From: Candidatus Nanohaloarchaea archaeon
GTDB lineage: Archaea > Nanohalarchaeota > Nanosalinia > Nanosalinales > Nanosalinaceae
Reading direction: 5' to 3'
DNA: 38,462 bases
Assembly: GCA_046497485.1 (NCBI GenBank)
Contig: JAWOFP010000040.1
Coordinates: 1 to 38,462, forward strand
Shown: in pieces, positions 37,108-38,462 of the stretch
How the letters are laid out: every line of letters starts with the position of its first letter
Position numbering within the stretch: position 1 is the stretch's first letter
Position numbers and translations under genes: made by a program
The notes under the pieces: model-generated
Told to the model about the DNA's origin: nothing
The model's database searches: none
The model's input: the letters and a program-made list of their open reading frames with translations, nothing else

Positions 37108-38172
37108 ATGGAATCTATAATCGACAACGCTCAAAATACAGAAAAGACCGAAAATCTAGAAGATGTAAAAGATGCTAAAATTGTAGTTGTAGGCGTTGGA
37201 GGAGCTGGCAACAACCAGGTAACAAGAATACAGAATAAGGAAATTGAAGGCGCAGAAACAGTAGTAATCAATACAGATAAACAACACCTACAGATGAGCT
37301 CAGCTGACCGCAAAATACTGGTCGGAAGAGATCTTACAAAAGGCCTCGGAGCAGGAGGACAGCCAGAAAAAGGCGCAAGATCCGCAGAAGAAAACCGAGC
37401 CGAACTAAGAAACCTGTTCAAAGACGCAGACATGGTCTTCCTTACCGCAGGAATGGGAGGAGGAACGGGGACAGGAGCCTCACCAGTACTCGCAGAAATC
37501 GCAAAGAAAGAAGACTGCATAGTAATCGGAACAGTCACAATGCCTTTCGAAATTGAAGGCGCAAGAATGAGCAAAGCAGAAGAAGGCCTCTACAAACTAA
37601 GACAGCATGTAGACACAGCAATCGTAATTGAAAACGACAAACTACTTGATATCGCAGGAGACATGCCTCTTGACCAGGCCTTCGGAGTAGCAGATGAATT
37701 AATTACAACAATGATCAAGGGAATCACAGAGACAATCTCCCAGCCAAGCTTGGTTAACTTAGATTACGCAGATGTTCAGGCAATCATGAACGAAGGCGGA
37801 GTAGCAGTTGTAGGATACGGGGAGTCCGACACCAACAACAAAGGAAAGGAAGCGATCCACGAAGCACTCTCCAATCCACTACTTGATGTAGAGTTCGATG
37901 GAGCAAACGGCGCACTACTTCATGTAGCAGGAGGCACAGACCTCACATTGAACGAAATCAACGAAGTAGGACAACATGTAAAATCCAAGCTTGACAACAA
38001 CGCCCAGACAATCTGGGGTGCAAGAGTCAAAGACGAACTACAGGGAACACTCCAAGTAATCTCAATCATCACAGGAGTAGAAAGCCCTTACATCCTTGGA
38101 GATGTCGAGGAAGAACAGGAAACTGAAGTAACAGGAGATGTAAACGACTTAGGACTGGAAGTGATGAAGTAA
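37108..38172 (+). CDS. ftsZ: Cell division protein FtsZ
   Basis: VGVGGAGNN, GMGGGTGTGASP, NLDYADV. Confidence 0.98.
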   Translation: MESIIDNAQNTEKTENLEDVKDAKIVVVGVGGAGNNQVTRIQNKEIEGAETVVINTDKQHLQMSSADRKILVGRDLTKGLGAGGQPEKGARSAEENRAELRNLFKDADMVFLTAGMGGGTGTGASPVLAEIAKKEDCIVIGTVTMPFEIEGARMSKAEEGLYKLRQHVDTAIVIENDKLLDIAGDMPLDQAFGVADELITTMIKGITETISQPSLVNLDYADVQAIMNEGGVAVVGYGESDTNNKGKEAIHEALSNPLLDVEFDGANGALLHVAGGTDLTLNEINEVGQHVKSKLDNNAQTIWGARVKDELQGTLQVISIITGVESPYILGDVEEEQETEVTGDVNDLGLEVMK

Positions 38173-38176
38173 CAAA

Positions 38177-38462
38177 GTTAGAGGCCTAACGGCCTGTAAA
38201 ACTCATGCTAGCAGGAAGCCAGAGGAAGGCCTCAAAGAGCCGGGAAGTATATTCAAAACCCCCTCCCCCCCACTTTCCCGGGAGACTGGAGGCCTACCTC
38301 AAATTCCTGCAATAAAATCTATATTAAGGAAAGGCCCTTTCAACCGCCTGGTAAAAACCGCCGATCTACTATACCCTGCTGGCGGCTGGAATCTACGCCG
38401 GCATCGATCTCATGCCGCTGTCTGAACGTATCGACCTAATTGCAGGCAAGAGCATCAGGACC
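38177..38462. ncRNA. GC-rich structured non-coding region running off the window end
   Basis: Long interrupted hairpin 38211-38310 with a C-rich loop; further hairpins GAAAGG/CCTTTC and CGGCAT/ATGCCG; no ORF in the track. Confidence 0.4.

Noticed and set aside
621..37574. Numerous Ser/Phe-rich antisense ORFs in the track (e.g. 621-995, 2527-2886, 27875-28255, 37131-37574)
   Set aside because: Shadow frames of well-supported Glu/Asp-rich genes on the opposite strand
38364..38392. Resemblance of CTACTATACCCTGCTGGCGG to the archaeal 23S rRNA 5' end
   Set aside because: The following conserved 23S motif (GATGAAGGACG) is absent

Overview
AT-rich archaeal chromosomal window with a strongly acidic proteome. 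Its gene content (exosome superoperon, class I LysRS, SepF, FtsZ, GatA/C) is most consistent with a Nanohaloarchaeota (DPANN) genome, which is an inference. It holds about 55 CDS, including several microproteins missed by the ORF track, and four minus-strand tRNA genes: Leu-TAG, Glu-CTC, Ala-GGC and an intron-containing Ile-TAT. The most unusual signals are non-coding: (1) extreme over-representation of the palindrome AGGCCT; (2) an array of four hairpins all capped by GGGC between two TATA boxes upstream of ftsZ; (3) two copies of a ~70-80 nt structured element, each with its own TATA-like box, next to orphan ORFs; (4) a structured ~200 nt leader before a bacterial-type ProRS; (5) a structured region after ftsZ. 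Also notable are a tRNA-Ile with a UAU anticodon, an S66 peptidase/methyltransferase/GH10 cassette inserted into the exosome operon, a coiled-coil histone-fold protein and a zinc-finger microprotein cluster.
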